Source of the DNA: an uncultured Gemmatimonadales bacterium
Lineage (GTDB): Bacteria; Gemmatimonadota; Gemmatimonadetes; Gemmatimonadales; GWC2-71-9
Direction: 5' to 3'
Length of the DNA: 64,000 nt
NCBI GenBank assembly: GCA_963730185.1
Contig: CAVSQW010000004.1
Coordinates: 93,408 to 157,407 of the forward strand
Positions 27,393 through 37,195 of this stretch are shown piece by piece; the stretch's first letter is position 1; every line of letters starts with the position of its first letter. The notes beneath the pieces were generated by a model. It saw only the letters and a list, made by a program, of their open reading frames with translations, searched no databases and was not told where the DNA came from. A program made the position numbers and the translations under genes.

Positions 27393-29009
27393 ATGCGTTT
27401 CCTTCGTACCTTGCTCGTTGCTCTCCTGGTCGGCGTCGCGCCGACCCTCTCCGCTCAGGCTCCGGAGTACGACATCGTCATCCGGAACGGCCGGGTCCTC
27501 GACGGAGCGGGGAACCCATTCATCCGCGCCGACGTCGCCATCAAGGACGGGCGGATCGCGAAGGTCGGGTTCGTGCCCGGCAAAGGCGCCCGTGAGCTCG
27601 ACGCGACCGGGAAGTACGTCACGCCCGGCTTCATCGACATGATGGACCAGTCGGCCGGGGTGCTGGCCAAGAACGGCCTGGCCGAGAACAAGATCCTCGA
27701 GGGCGTGACCACGGCGCTCTCGGGCGAGGGCGGGACTCCGGTGCCGCCCTCGGAGATCGCCGGCTGGTTCGCCGGGCTCGAGCAGTCCGGGATCAGTCTC
27801 AACTTCGGCGACTACTACAGCGCCACCGCCGCCCGCCGCGCGGTGCTCGGCATGGCCGATCGTTCGCCGACGCCCGAGGAGCTCGATCGGATGCGGGCGA
27901 TGGTGGACACCGCGATGCGGGCCGGGGTGTTCGGCATCACCACGGCGCTCATCTATCCGCCCAGCAGCTACCATCGCACCGACGAGCTGATCGAGCTCGC
28001 CAAGGTGTCGGCCAAATACGGCGGCTTCTACGCCAGCCACATCCGGGGCGAGGGCAAGGAGCTGCTGACGGCGGTGGGTGAGGCGATCAAGATCGGCGAG
28101 GAGAGCGGCGCCCCGGTGGAGATCTACCACCTCAAGGCCGCCTATCAGCCCGGTTGGGGCACCCTGATGAAGAAGGCAGGCGCGCTGGTCGATTCCGCCC
28201 GGGCTCGGGGCGTGGACGTGGCGGCCGACATGTACGTGTACACCGCGGGGGGCACCGGCCTCGAGGCGACGATTCCCTCGTGGGCCTTCGAGGGCGGGAT
28301 GGACTCGCTCCGGGCCCGGCTCGAGAACCCGACCATCCGGGCCCGGCTCAAGCGCGAGGTGGAGACCGGCTCGCCGGGATGGTGGAACATCATCGAGGCC
28401 GCGGGCGGCTGGAAGGGCGTGGTGCTGGCCAACGCCCGGAACCCCGACAACGCCAAGTACAACGGGATGACGCTCGACGCGATCGCCAAGGCCGAGCACA
28501 AGGACCCGCGCGACGCGGCCTGGGACCTGGTGCTCCAGGGCAAGGGCCGGGTCATGGCGATCTACTTCATGATGACCGAACCAGACATCGAGACCGCGCT
28601 TCGGTTTCCGTGGACCAGCATCGGCAGCGACGCGGGCGCCGCCCTCCAGGCCGGCAACACCGACCTCTTGGGACTGCCTCACCCGCGAAGCTACGGCAAC
28701 TTCCCCCGCGTCATCGCCAAGTACGTGCGGGAGAATCACACGCTGACCCTGCCCGAGGCGATCCGGAAGATGACCGGCTGGCCGGCCGAGCGGATGCGGA
28801 TCGCGGGGCGGGGGCTGCTCCGGCCCGGTTTCTGGGCCGACGTTGTGGTCTTCGACTACGGCACCATCCAGGACCGCTCCACCTACGAGCACCCGACCGA
28901 GTCTCCGGCCGGGATCGACTACGTGCTGGTGAACGGCGTGGTGGTGGCCGATCACGGCACCCATACCGGCGCCAAGCCGGGCCAGGTGATCTACGGCCCC
29001 GGACGTTAG
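27393..29009 (+). CDS. D-aminoacylase (N-acyl-D-amino-acid deacylase) family, exported
   Basis: IRNGRVLDGAG, PGFID, ASHIR, YHLK, GSDAG, PHPRSYGNFPR and ADVVVFD motifs plus a signal peptide. Confidence 0.9.
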   Translation: MRFLRTLLVALLVGVAPTLSAQAPEYDIVIRNGRVLDGAGNPFIRADVAIKDGRIAKVGFVPGKGARELDATGKYVTPGFIDMMDQSAGVLAKNGLAENKILEGVTTALSGEGGTPVPPSEIAGWFAGLEQSGISLNFGDYYSATAARRAVLGMADRSPTPEELDRMRAMVDTAMRAGVFGITTALIYPPSSYHRTDELIELAKVSAKYGGFYASHIRGEGKELLTAVGEAIKIGEESGAPVEIYHLKAAYQPGWGTLMKKAGALVDSARARGVDVAADMYVYTAGGTGLEATIPSWAFEGGMDSLRARLENPTIRARLKREVETGSPGWWNIIEAAGGWKGVVLANARNPDNAKYNGMTLDAIAKAEHKDPRDAAWDLVLQGKGRVMAIYFMMTEPDIETALRFPWTSIGSDAGAALQAGNTDLLGLPHPRSYGNFPRVIAKYVRENHTLTLPEAIRKMTGWPAERMRIAGRGLLRPGFWADVVVFDYGTIQDRSTYEHPTESPAGIDYVLVNGVVVADHGTHTGAKPGQVIYGPGR

Positions 29010-29042
29010 GTGCCGGCCGACCGGACACTCGCGGAGGGGGCC

Positions 29043-29906
29043 ATGAACTCCATCTGGACGCGCCGTTCCCTGAAGGTGTTCTTCCTGGTGTCGTTCGGTC
29101 TGCCCTGGATCGGGTGGACGATCAACGCGTTCGGTCACACCGAGCCACCCCTCCGGACCGTCCTCTTCTACCTGGGCGACTTCATGGCCGTGGGTGGCCT
29201 GGTCGCCACCTGGGTGGCCGGCGGCGGGGTGGCCCTCCGGGGATTGCTCCGGCGGCTGGTGCGGGGAGGCGGTGCCGTCTGGTGGCTCTACGCCCTCCTG
29301 CTGCCGCTGGCGTGGTCGCTGGGGGCGCGGGTGGTGTACGGGCTGGCGCACGGGACCATGACCGCGCTCGACGTGAGCGGTCTGGCCGCGTTCGTGAGCA
29401 CGCCGGCCCTGCTTGCCTGGACCACCGGCCCGATCGGCGAGGAGGCCGGCTGGCGGGGCTATCTCCTCCCCCGGCTGCTGACCCGCCACTCGCCCCTGGT
29501 GGCCACCCTGGTGCTCGGGCTGCTCTGGGACGTCTGGCACGTACCGCTCTACGTCCACTCGGTCTTCTCGAGCGGGAGCGGCGCCTTCCACTTCACGGTC
29601 GGCGTGCTCTGCTATACCGCCATGATGACGGTGCTGTTCTTCCGGACCAGGGGCAGCGTGCTCCTGGCCATGATCTTTCACTGGTCGGTGAACGTCGCAC
29701 CCGGGGTCGCCGATCGGATGCTTCCGGTGGCGCCCCACGGCGGCGCCGGCGGAGTTCTGAGCGGCTATCAGACCGGGGCGTCGGTGGTCGCGGCGCTGGC
29801 CGTGATGGCGCTGGCCGGGTGGCGGACGCTCGGTGCCCGGGCGGACTTCGAGCCCGCCCGCGACCTCGCGGACGAGTTCATCGCCGCCGATCGGCCGGCG
29901 ACCTGA
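29043..29906 (+). CDS. CPBP (CAAX/Abi) intramembrane glutamic protease
   Basis: EEAGWRG, WHVP and FHWSVN motifs in a polytopic membrane protein. Confidence 0.9.
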   Translation: MNSIWTRRSLKVFFLVSFGLPWIGWTINAFGHTEPPLRTVLFYLGDFMAVGGLVATWVAGGGVALRGLLRRLVRGGGAVWWLYALLLPLAWSLGARVVYGLAHGTMTALDVSGLAAFVSTPALLAWTTGPIGEEAGWRGYLLPRLLTRHSPLVATLVLGLLWDVWHVPLYVHSVFSSGSGAFHFTVGVLCYTAMMTVLFFRTRGSVLLAMIFHWSVNVAPGVADRMLPVAPHGGAGGVLSGYQTGASVVAALAVMALAGWRTLGARADFEPARDLADEFIAADRPAT

Positions 29907-29958
29907 CCGACTCGCACGGGGTGGTCCCGACCGGGCTCGAGACCGAGGAGAACGAAGC

Positions 29959-31260
29959 GTGGAACGACGTGACGTGGTGAAAGCCATGGCGGCCGCGGCG
30001 ATCCTCCCCGGGATGCGTCTCGGGCAGGCCCCCGACTGGACCGCCTGGCGGGTCGACGGCACCCGACTCAACGGCTGGATGGACCACATGGCCGGGATCG
30101 GGCACGGGCCCGACGGGTGGGTCCGGACCGGCTTCGGCGACGCGGTGATCCAGGCGCGCCAGTACGCGATGGAGCTGATGCGCGCGGCTGGGCTCGAGGT
30201 GAGCATCGATCCGGCGGGCAACATCATCGGCCGGCGGGCGGGGACCGATCCGACCCTCAAGCCGATCCTCTTCGGGTCGCACGTCGATTCGGTGATGAAT
30301 GGCGGCAACTACGACGGGATCGTCGGGTCGCTCGGCGCGATCGCTGCAGCCACGACCATGGCCGAGCGGACGTACCGGAACCGCCACCCGCTCTGGGTCA
30401 CGATCTGGTGCGACGAGGAATCCGGCCTGACGGGAAGCCGCGGCTTCCTGGGCGACATCTCCGCCGACGAGCTGGCCCGCCCCGGGCGGGACGGCGTCCC
30501 GCTCGGCGACAAGATCAAGCGGATCGGGGGCGACCCGGCCGCGATGGCGAGCTACCGCCACGCGAAGGGAGACCTCGCCGGCTACCTCGAGCTCCACATC
30601 GAGCAAGGCGGAACCCTGGAGAAGAAGGGGCTCCAGATTGGTGTGGTGGAGGGGATCGTGGGGATCCGCTCCTGGGACGTGACCATCACCGGGTTCGCCA
30701 ACCACGCCGGCACCACGCCGATGGACGAGCGGCACAACGCCCTCCTCGCCGCCGCGGACCTGATCCTGGCGGTGGATCGGATCGTCCGGGCGGAGCCGGG
30801 GCGGCAGGTCGGCACGGTCGGGCGGCTGCTGGTCAAGCCCAACGCCCAGAACGTCATCCCCGGCGAGGTGGTCCACACGATCGAGCTCCGCGACCTCTCG
30901 ATGGACAAGCTGGCGCGGCTCTGGGACGCGATTCGGGCCGAGGGCGACCGGATCATGGCGCGCCGGGAGGTGACCTGGACCCACGTGGAACGGCCAATCA
31001 ACGTGGCCGCACTGTCCGACCCGGCGGTGCGCGACCTGATCGCCGAGTCGGCCCGGACCCTCGGGCTCTCGAACCAGGTGATGCCGAGCGGGGCGGGGCA
31101 CGATGCCCAGGATCTCGCCAAGCTGGGGCCGATGGGGATGATCTTCGTGCCCTCGATCGGGGGGATCAGCCACTCGCCGAAAGAGCTCACCCGCCCGGAG
31201 GACGTCACCAACGGCGCCAACGTGCTGCTTCAGTCGGTCCTCCGACTGGACCGTCGCTGA
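29959..31260 (+). CDS. M20 Zn-dependent amidohydrolase (allantoate amidohydrolase / N-carbamoylase family) with Tat-like leader
   Basis: GSHVD, NGGNYDG, DEE, ELHIEQG, NHAGTTPM, SGAGHDA and SHSPKE motifs. Leader (M)ERRDVVK; GAGGAG RBS. Confidence 0.92.
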   Translation: MERRDVVKAMAAAAILPGMRLGQAPDWTAWRVDGTRLNGWMDHMAGIGHGPDGWVRTGFGDAVIQARQYAMELMRAAGLEVSIDPAGNIIGRRAGTDPTLKPILFGSHVDSVMNGGNYDGIVGSLGAIAAATTMAERTYRNRHPLWVTIWCDEESGLTGSRGFLGDISADELARPGRDGVPLGDKIKRIGGDPAAMASYRHAKGDLAGYLELHIEQGGTLEKKGLQIGVVEGIVGIRSWDVTITGFANHAGTTPMDERHNALLAAADLILAVDRIVRAEPGRQVGTVGRLLVKPNAQNVIPGEVVHTIELRDLSMDKLARLWDAIRAEGDRIMARREVTWTHVERPINVAALSDPAVRDLIAESARTLGLSNQVMPSGAGHDAQDLAKLGPMGMIFVPSIGGISHSPKELTRPEDVTNGANVLLQSVLRLDRR

Positions 31261-31268
31261 GAGGGCCC

Positions 31269-34200
31269 ATGCCCACGCTCGACCGTCGGGCGGTCGCCGC
31301 CCTCGCTCTCGCCTGCCTGCTCGCCTGCGGCCGCTCCACTCCGGGAGACGTCGACCCCAGCGTGACCCTGCTTCCGCCGCAGGGAACGCCGCGGGTGGTC
31401 GACTTCACCACCGACGAAGGGACCTGGCTCTCGCTCGACGTGTCACCCGACGGGCGGACCATCGTGTTCGATCTGCTGGGGCAGATCTACCGCCTCCCGA
31501 TCGCCGGCGGCCAGGCCGAGCCGCTCACGGCCAACAGCGGGGTCGCGCTCAACTTCCATCCGGCCTATTCGCCCGACGGGTCACGGATCGCCTTCATCTC
31601 CGACCGGCAGGGCCAGAACGACGTCTGGACCATGGCGGCCGACGGCTCCGATCCCCGGCCGGTGTTCCTCGATCGCGAGACCCGGTTCATGGCGCCGGCC
31701 TGGGCGCCGGACGGCAAGTCGATCGTCGCCGTTCGGGTCTTTCCGACGCCCGGACGGGGCTGGCATCGGCAGATGAGCGAGCTCTGGACCCTGCCGCTCG
31801 ACGGGGGCGAACCGCGGCGGCTCCTCGGGCAGGCGCTCTCCCACTACGACGCGCCCCGATTCTCGGCCGACGGCAAATACCTCTACTTCCAGGTGTCGTA
31901 CTCTACCGGCGAGGGCCTCGGCATGCTCACCGCGGGGCATCGCCTCCAGCGGCTCGAGCTCGCGACCGGCGCGGTGACCAACGTCCGCACCTCCGGACCG
32001 GCCGAGCTCAGTCCCGCCTACGTCGAGGCGCTCCGCCGGACCGGCTGGGCGGAGGACAACGACATCGACCCGCCGGCGGCTCTCGCTCCGGCGGTCTCGC
32101 CCGACGGGCGCTACCTCGCCTTCGGGCTCGAGCGGCGCGACACGACCTTCAGTTACCGCGGCCACGAGTACGCTCCCAGCACCTCGCTGGTGGTGCGGGA
32201 TCTCCAGACCGGGGAGGAGCACATCGTTCTCTGGCCGGCCGCCAAGGACCTGACCCAGGTCAACGCCCAGTACGGCTACGGCGCGTTTCCGCGGGTGGCG
32301 TGGACGCCGGATTCGAAGGGCGTGGTGGCGTGGGCCGAGGGGAAGATTCACCGGGTGGACCTCACCGGCGCGAACGACCGGGTCGTGCCGTTCACCGCCC
32401 GGGTCCACCGGGTCATGTCCGAGGCGGTCCGGGGCCGGATCCGGATCGACGATTCGAGCTTCGCCACCAAGTTCATCCAGTGGCCGGTGGCGTCGCCCGA
32501 CGGGAAGCGGTTGGCCTTCGTGGCGGTCGGGAAGGTGTGGCTCATGGACCTGGCCGGCGGGGCGCCTCGCCCGCTCACCCCCGAGATGGCCCCGGCCGTG
32601 CAACTGACGCCGGCCTGGTCGCCGGCGGGCGACTCGGTGGCCTTCGCGGTCTGGGACGACTCGGCCAAGGGCGACGTGGCCGTCGCGGCGGCCGACGGAA
32701 GTGGGGCCCGCCGGCTCGGTCTCGACCCGGCGGAATACCTCTATCCCCACTACTCCCGGGATGGCGGGTCCATCGTGGTCTCGAAGGGTCCGGGACCGAG
32801 CCCCAACGGGACCGACTGGAACGGGTGGAACCGGGCGGTGGGGTGGACCGCGGTCCGGGTGCCGGTCGCGGGAGGAGGTGGCGTCCTGACGCTGGCGTCG
32901 CTGAGCGGGGCGGTGCGGACCTACGACGGTCCCGGCGGCCGGGTGTACTTCCAGTATCAGGACCACGCCGATCGGGCGCCCTCCCTGCTGTACTACCCCT
33001 TCCCGAGTGATTCGGCGCTGGCCCTCACCATCCGGGTCCGATCGGTCGGCCCGGAAGGCGGCGCCGCGACCGATCACGCGGTGTTCCCGGCGGCGCGCGA
33101 CAAGGGCGCTCAGCCGGTGCTCTCGCCCGGCGGAACCTGGGTCGCGTTCCAGGCGGGACAGTTCCTGTACGTCTCGCCGCTCGCCGGGGATGAGCAGGCC
33201 CCGGTGATCGACACCAAGCCCGACGACTCGGTGCCAGGCCGGCGGTACGTCGATCCCCGCGGCGGGGTGTATGCCTCGTGGCGCGACAGCACCACGCTCC
33301 AGTACGCGGCGGGGAGCCGCTACCTCACCTACGACGTCGCCACCGGCCGGCGGACCACCACCGACATCGATCTCCGGATCCCGCGGCCCCGTCCGTCCGG
33401 GTCGATCGCGCTGGTCAACGCCAAGATCGTGACCGCCGACAGCGATCGGGTGATCGATCGGGGGACGGTCGTGGTGCAGGGCGCCCGGATCGCCTGCGTG
33501 GGGGAGTGCGACACCACCGGCGTGGACCGGGTCATGGACTTGTCCGGGAAGACGATCATTCCCGGTCTCTTCGACCTCCACGCCCACCACACCGCCGAGG
33601 AGAGCGGGATCGTCACCCCGCACCGGGTCTCGTCGGCGCTCGACCTCGCCTACGGCGTCACCACCATTCTCGACCCCGCCACCAGCTCCGAGTCGGCCTT
33701 TCCCCTGGCCGAGCTGATCGCGTCCGGCGCGATGGAGGGCCCGCGGACCTTCAGCGTGGCCGAGATCGTGATCTACCCCGGGGTGGCCTGGGGCGACCAG
33801 AAGATCCTGCTGACCGAGCAGGACGCCGACCGCGAGGTGGACCGGCGGGCCGACTGGGGCGCGGTGAGCATCAAGAACTACCGCCAGCCCGCCCGCTGGC
33901 AGCACGAGCTCCTGCTCCAGGCCGCTCGGCGGAGGGGCATCACGGTGACGGGCGAGGGTGGGCCGCTCTACTTCGACGTCGGCCTGGTGATGGACGGCCA
34001 GACCGGCTGGGAACACCTGATCGCCAACCTCCCGGTCTACCACGACGTGGCCGAATTCTTTGGGCAGGCGCACGCCGTCTATTCGCCCACGGCGATCGTG
34101 GCCGGGCACGTGCTCGGCTCGATGCACTACTTCCGTCCCCGGCAGCATCTCGAGCGCGACGCCAAGTATCTCCGGTTCATGCCGCGGGCGGAGCTGGCGG

Positions 34201-34619
34201 CGCGGTCGGCGTCGGACCGAATGCGGCCCAAGTCGGCGTTCTCGTTCCCCTTCATCGCCGAAGGCATGGCCGACATCGTGCGGGCCGGCGGGTACGGGGT
34301 CCTGGGCGAGCACGGCGAGCAACCCGGGATCGGGACCCACTGGGAGATCTGGAGCTACGCCGAGGCGCTCAAGCCTCTGGAGGCGATCCGGGTGGCGACG
34401 ATCGACGGTGCCTACTTCATCGGGATCGACCACGAGACGGGCTCGATTACCCGAGGCAAGCTGGCCGACCTGGTGGTGCTCAACGCCGACCCCCTGGCCG
34501 ACATCCACAACACGGCGGACATCGCCTCCGTGATGAAGGCCGGCCATCTCTACGACGACGACACGCTCGACGAGCTCTGGCCGGCTCGCCGGCGGTACGG
34601 CCCCATCCCTTGGCGCTGA
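31269..34619 (+). CDS. Lipoprotein with PD40/TolB-like propellers fused to an amidohydrolase domain
   Basis: Lipobox LLAC, SPDG repeats, PGLFDLHAH, YGVTT, SIKNY, WEH and GSITRGKLADLVVL. Confidence 0.9.
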   Translation: MPTLDRRAVAALALACLLACGRSTPGDVDPSVTLLPPQGTPRVVDFTTDEGTWLSLDVSPDGRTIVFDLLGQIYRLPIAGGQAEPLTANSGVALNFHPAYSPDGSRIAFISDRQGQNDVWTMAADGSDPRPVFLDRETRFMAPAWAPDGKSIVAVRVFPTPGRGWHRQMSELWTLPLDGGEPRRLLGQALSHYDAPRFSADGKYLYFQVSYSTGEGLGMLTAGHRLQRLELATGAVTNVRTSGPAELSPAYVEALRRTGWAEDNDIDPPAALAPAVSPDGRYLAFGLERRDTTFSYRGHEYAPSTSLVVRDLQTGEEHIVLWPAAKDLTQVNAQYGYGAFPRVAWTPDSKGVVAWAEGKIHRVDLTGANDRVVPFTARVHRVMSEAVRGRIRIDDSSFATKFIQWPVASPDGKRLAFVAVGKVWLMDLAGGAPRPLTPEMAPAVQLTPAWSPAGDSVAFAVWDDSAKGDVAVAAADGSGARRLGLDPAEYLYPHYSRDGGSIVVSKGPGPSPNGTDWNGWNRAVGWTAVRVPVAGGGGVLTLASLSGAVRTYDGPGGRVYFQYQDHADRAPSLLYYPFPSDSALALTIRVRSVGPEGGAATDHAVFPAARDKGAQPVLSPGGTWVAFQAGQFLYVSPLAGDEQAPVIDTKPDDSVPGRRYVDPRGGVYASWRDSTTLQYAAGSRYLTYDVATGRRTTTDIDLRIPRPRPSGSIALVNAKIVTADSDRVIDRGTVVVQGARIACVGECDTTGVDRVMDLSGKTIIPGLFDLHAHHTAEESGIVTPHRVSSALDLAYGVTTILDPATSSESAFPLAELIASGAMEGPRTFSVAEIVIYPGVAWGDQKILLTEQDADREVDRRADWGAVSIKNYRQPARWQHELLLQAARRRGITVTGEGGPLYFDVGLVMDGQTGWEHLIANLPVYHDVAEFFGQAHAVYSPTAIVAGHVLGSMHYFRPRQHLERDAKYLRFMPRAELAARSASDRMRPKSAFSFPFIAEGMADIVRAGGYGVLGEHGEQPGIGTHWEIWSYAEALKPLEAIRVATIDGAYFIGIDHETGSITRGKLADLVVLNADPLADIHNTADIASVMKAGHLYDDDTLDELWPARRRYGPIPWR

Positions 34620-34635
34620 GGCCGAAAGCTCTCTC

Positions 34636-36315
34636 ATGCGAACGGTTCCGCGGTCGGTCCGTCGGCTCGTCATCATGCTGTTGTGGGTCCCGGTCATCCT
34701 TGCGTTCATGGCGGTTCTCTATCAGATCGGGATGAATCGGCTGGAGCACGTGCACCGGGGCTTCGGCGAGAGCCTGGAGTGGGCGGCCGCGACCCTCACC
34801 ACCACCGGGTCGGGGGTCGACGTCCACTGGAACTCGCTCCTGATGCAGGCCTTCGTGATCACCTGCCAGTTCGCCGGCCAGTTCTTGATCTTCCTGGTCT
34901 TCCCGATCTTCCTGCTGCCGTTCTTCGAAGAGCGTTTCGAGGCCCGGATTCCCACCAGCCTGCCCGACCTGAACGGCCGGGTCCTGATCTATCGGTACGG
35001 CCCCGCGGTCACCTCGCTGCTGGAGGGGCTGGATCAGGAGAAGGTGCCGGTGGTGATCTTCGAGGAGAACGAGGCGGTGGCCCGGTGGCTCCACGAACGG
35101 GGGCGCGCGGTCGTGCTGGGCGATCTCGAGGCGGAAGACCCGGACCTGAGCGGGTTGGTGGGGGCCCGGGGGCTGGTGGTGAACGGCGACGACGACCATA
35201 ACGCGGCGATGACCCTGAGCGCCCGCTACTACGGCTTCCAGGGGCCGATCGTCGCGATGGTGCAGGATCCCGCCCGGCGGCCGCCGATGGTGCGCGCCGG
35301 CGCGACCGCGGCGTACACGCCCGACCACGTCCTGGCCGCGGCCCTGGCCGCCAGGGCGAGCGTCAAGATCAATCCCCGGGTGGCCGGCGTCCGGCAACTG
35401 GGGCGCCAGCTGGAGGTGGCCGAGCTCCGGATTCACCGGGGGAGCCCGCTCGCCGGGCGGAGCCTGGCGGAGAGTCGGGTCCGCCAGGAGACCGGCGCCG
35501 CGGTGGTGGGCCTCTGGGTCGGTGGCGAGCTAATCCGGAATCCGAGTCCCGCCACCCGGCTCGACGAAGGGGCGATCGTGGTCGCCGTCGGGAGCGTGGA
35601 CGGCATTGCCGCGCTGGGCCGGCTGGCAACGCCGGTCCCGCAGCAGGGGCCCTTTCTCGTGGTGGGCTACGGCCCGGTGGGCCGGAAGCTGGCCGAGTTC
35701 CTGATCGATGCCGGTGAACAGGTGCGGGTGGTGGATGCCGCCGCCGGCGAGGGCGTGGACGTCGTGGGCGACCCGGTCGACCCCAACACGCTCGAGCGAG
35801 CCGGCGCCCGAACTGCCCAGGCCGTGGTTCTGACCCTGCCGACCGACGCCGCCGCGCTCTTTGCCGCCGCCGTGACCCGTGACCTGGCCCCCGAGGTTGT
35901 GATCATCGCCGGCGCCAACCGGGCCGAGAACGTCGCCCGGATTCACCGGGCCGGGGCCGACTTCGCGCTCTCGTTGAGCCAGGTGGCCGGTCAGCTCCTC
36001 AGCTTCCAGCTCCTCGGCGAGCAGGCCATCTCGCTCGAAGCGCAGATCAAGATCGTCAGCACCTCGGCCGGCTTCATGGCCGGCCGGCCGCTCGCCGCCA
36101 ACCGGTTGCTGGAGCAGTCGGGCGCGACGGTGGTGGCCGTGGAGCGGGGCGAAACGATCGTGGTGGACGTCGGGCCCGACTTCGTCGTCCAATCGGGCGA
36201 CGTGATCTACCTTTGTGGCACCCGGGAGACCATCGCCGAGTACTTCCGGGAATTTCCGGAGACCCGCGAGCTGCCGGTCCCGCTTCGGGTGCCGGGCCTT
36301 TTCAAGGACACCTGA
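34636..36315 (+). CDS. 2-TM potassium-channel family protein with tandem RCK (TrkA-N/TrkA-C) domains
   Basis: TM-pore-TM with TLTTTGSG; RCK-C SPLAGRSLAES; second RCK-N VVGYGPVG..VVGD..LERAG. Confidence 0.85.
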   Translation: MRTVPRSVRRLVIMLLWVPVILAFMAVLYQIGMNRLEHVHRGFGESLEWAAATLTTTGSGVDVHWNSLLMQAFVITCQFAGQFLIFLVFPIFLLPFFEERFEARIPTSLPDLNGRVLIYRYGPAVTSLLEGLDQEKVPVVIFEENEAVARWLHERGRAVVLGDLEAEDPDLSGLVGARGLVVNGDDDHNAAMTLSARYYGFQGPIVAMVQDPARRPPMVRAGATAAYTPDHVLAAALAARASVKINPRVAGVRQLGRQLEVAELRIHRGSPLAGRSLAESRVRQETGAAVVGLWVGGELIRNPSPATRLDEGAIVVAVGSVDGIAALGRLATPVPQQGPFLVVGYGPVGRKLAEFLIDAGEQVRVVDAAAGEGVDVVGDPVDPNTLERAGARTAQAVVLTLPTDAAALFAAAVTRDLAPEVVIIAGANRAENVARIHRAGADFALSLSQVAGQLLSFQLLGEQAISLEAQIKIVSTSAGFMAGRPLAANRLLEQSGATVVAVERGETIVVDVGPDFVVQSGDVIYLCGTRETIAEYFREFPETRELPVPLRVPGLFKDT

Positions 36316-37160
36316 TGGATCGAAGAACCTTCGTCGGGGCCCTCGGCGCGTCGGTCGGTGGCGTGGTCGCCGCCCGACGGCCGCCGTGGCCGGGCGGTTC
36401 CGGTGGCCTGCGCCGGGTCGGACTCGAGCTGTACTCCGTCCGAAACGAGATGAAGCGCGACCCCGACGGCACCCTGCATCGGATCCGCGCCCTCGGGTAC
36501 GACGACGTGGAGCTCCTCTGGTCGTGGGGCAACTTCGGGCGGACGCCGCAGCAGGTTCGAGCGTCGCTCGATCGGGAGGGACTGAAGGCGCCCTCCGCGC
36601 ATCTTGCCCCCGAGGTCCTGCTGACCGACTGGTCGAAGAGTCTCGACGAGGCGGCGCTGCTCGGGCAGCAGTATCTCATCGTCCCCAGCCTCCCCGCCGA
36701 GACCAAGACCTCGCTCGACGCCTGGCTCCGATGGGCCGACCGCTTCAACGAGGCCGGCCGGGCCGCCCGGGCGTCGGGCCTCTGGCTCGCCTTCCACAAC
36801 GAGCCGGATCATCTCACCCCGATCGAGGGGACGGTGCCGTACGAGGCCTTCGTGGCCCGGACCGATCCCGATCTGGTCCGGCTCCAGCTCGACATCGGCA
36901 ATCTGGTGATGGGTGGCGGTGACCCGCTGACCTACCTGGCCCGGTACCGGGATCGCTACTGGACCTTCCACCTCAAGGACGTCGTCGCCGATCGGTCGCA
37001 CGATACCGAGCTGGGGCGGGGCGTCGTGGACGTCGCCGCGTTCCTCCAGGCGGTTCCCGATCTGAGCGCCAAGCCGTGCTTCGTGGAGCAGGAGGGCTCG
37101 ACCGATCCGCTGGCCAGCGCCGGCCGGAATTACCGCTACCTGGCGCGACTCGCCGGCTAG
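36315..37160 (+). CDS. Sugar phosphate isomerase/epimerase (TIM barrel, IolE/AP-endonuclease-2 family), Tat substrate
   Basis: MDRRTFVG leader; LYSVR, GYDDVEL, FHNE, QLDIG, HLKD and FVEQE motifs. Confidence 0.88.
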   Translation: MDRRTFVGALGASVGGVVAARRPPWPGGSGGLRRVGLELYSVRNEMKRDPDGTLHRIRALGYDDVELLWSWGNFGRTPQQVRASLDREGLKAPSAHLAPEVLLTDWSKSLDEAALLGQQYLIVPSLPAETKTSLDAWLRWADRFNEAGRAARASGLWLAFHNEPDHLTPIEGTVPYEAFVARTDPDLVRLQLDIGNLVMGGGDPLTYLARYRDRYWTFHLKDVVADRSHDTELGRGVVDVAAFLQAVPDLSAKPCFVEQEGSTDPLASAGRNYRYLARLAG

Positions 37161-37195
37161 GCGGCGCGGTCGATATCGTCTCCGCTCGGGGTGGC

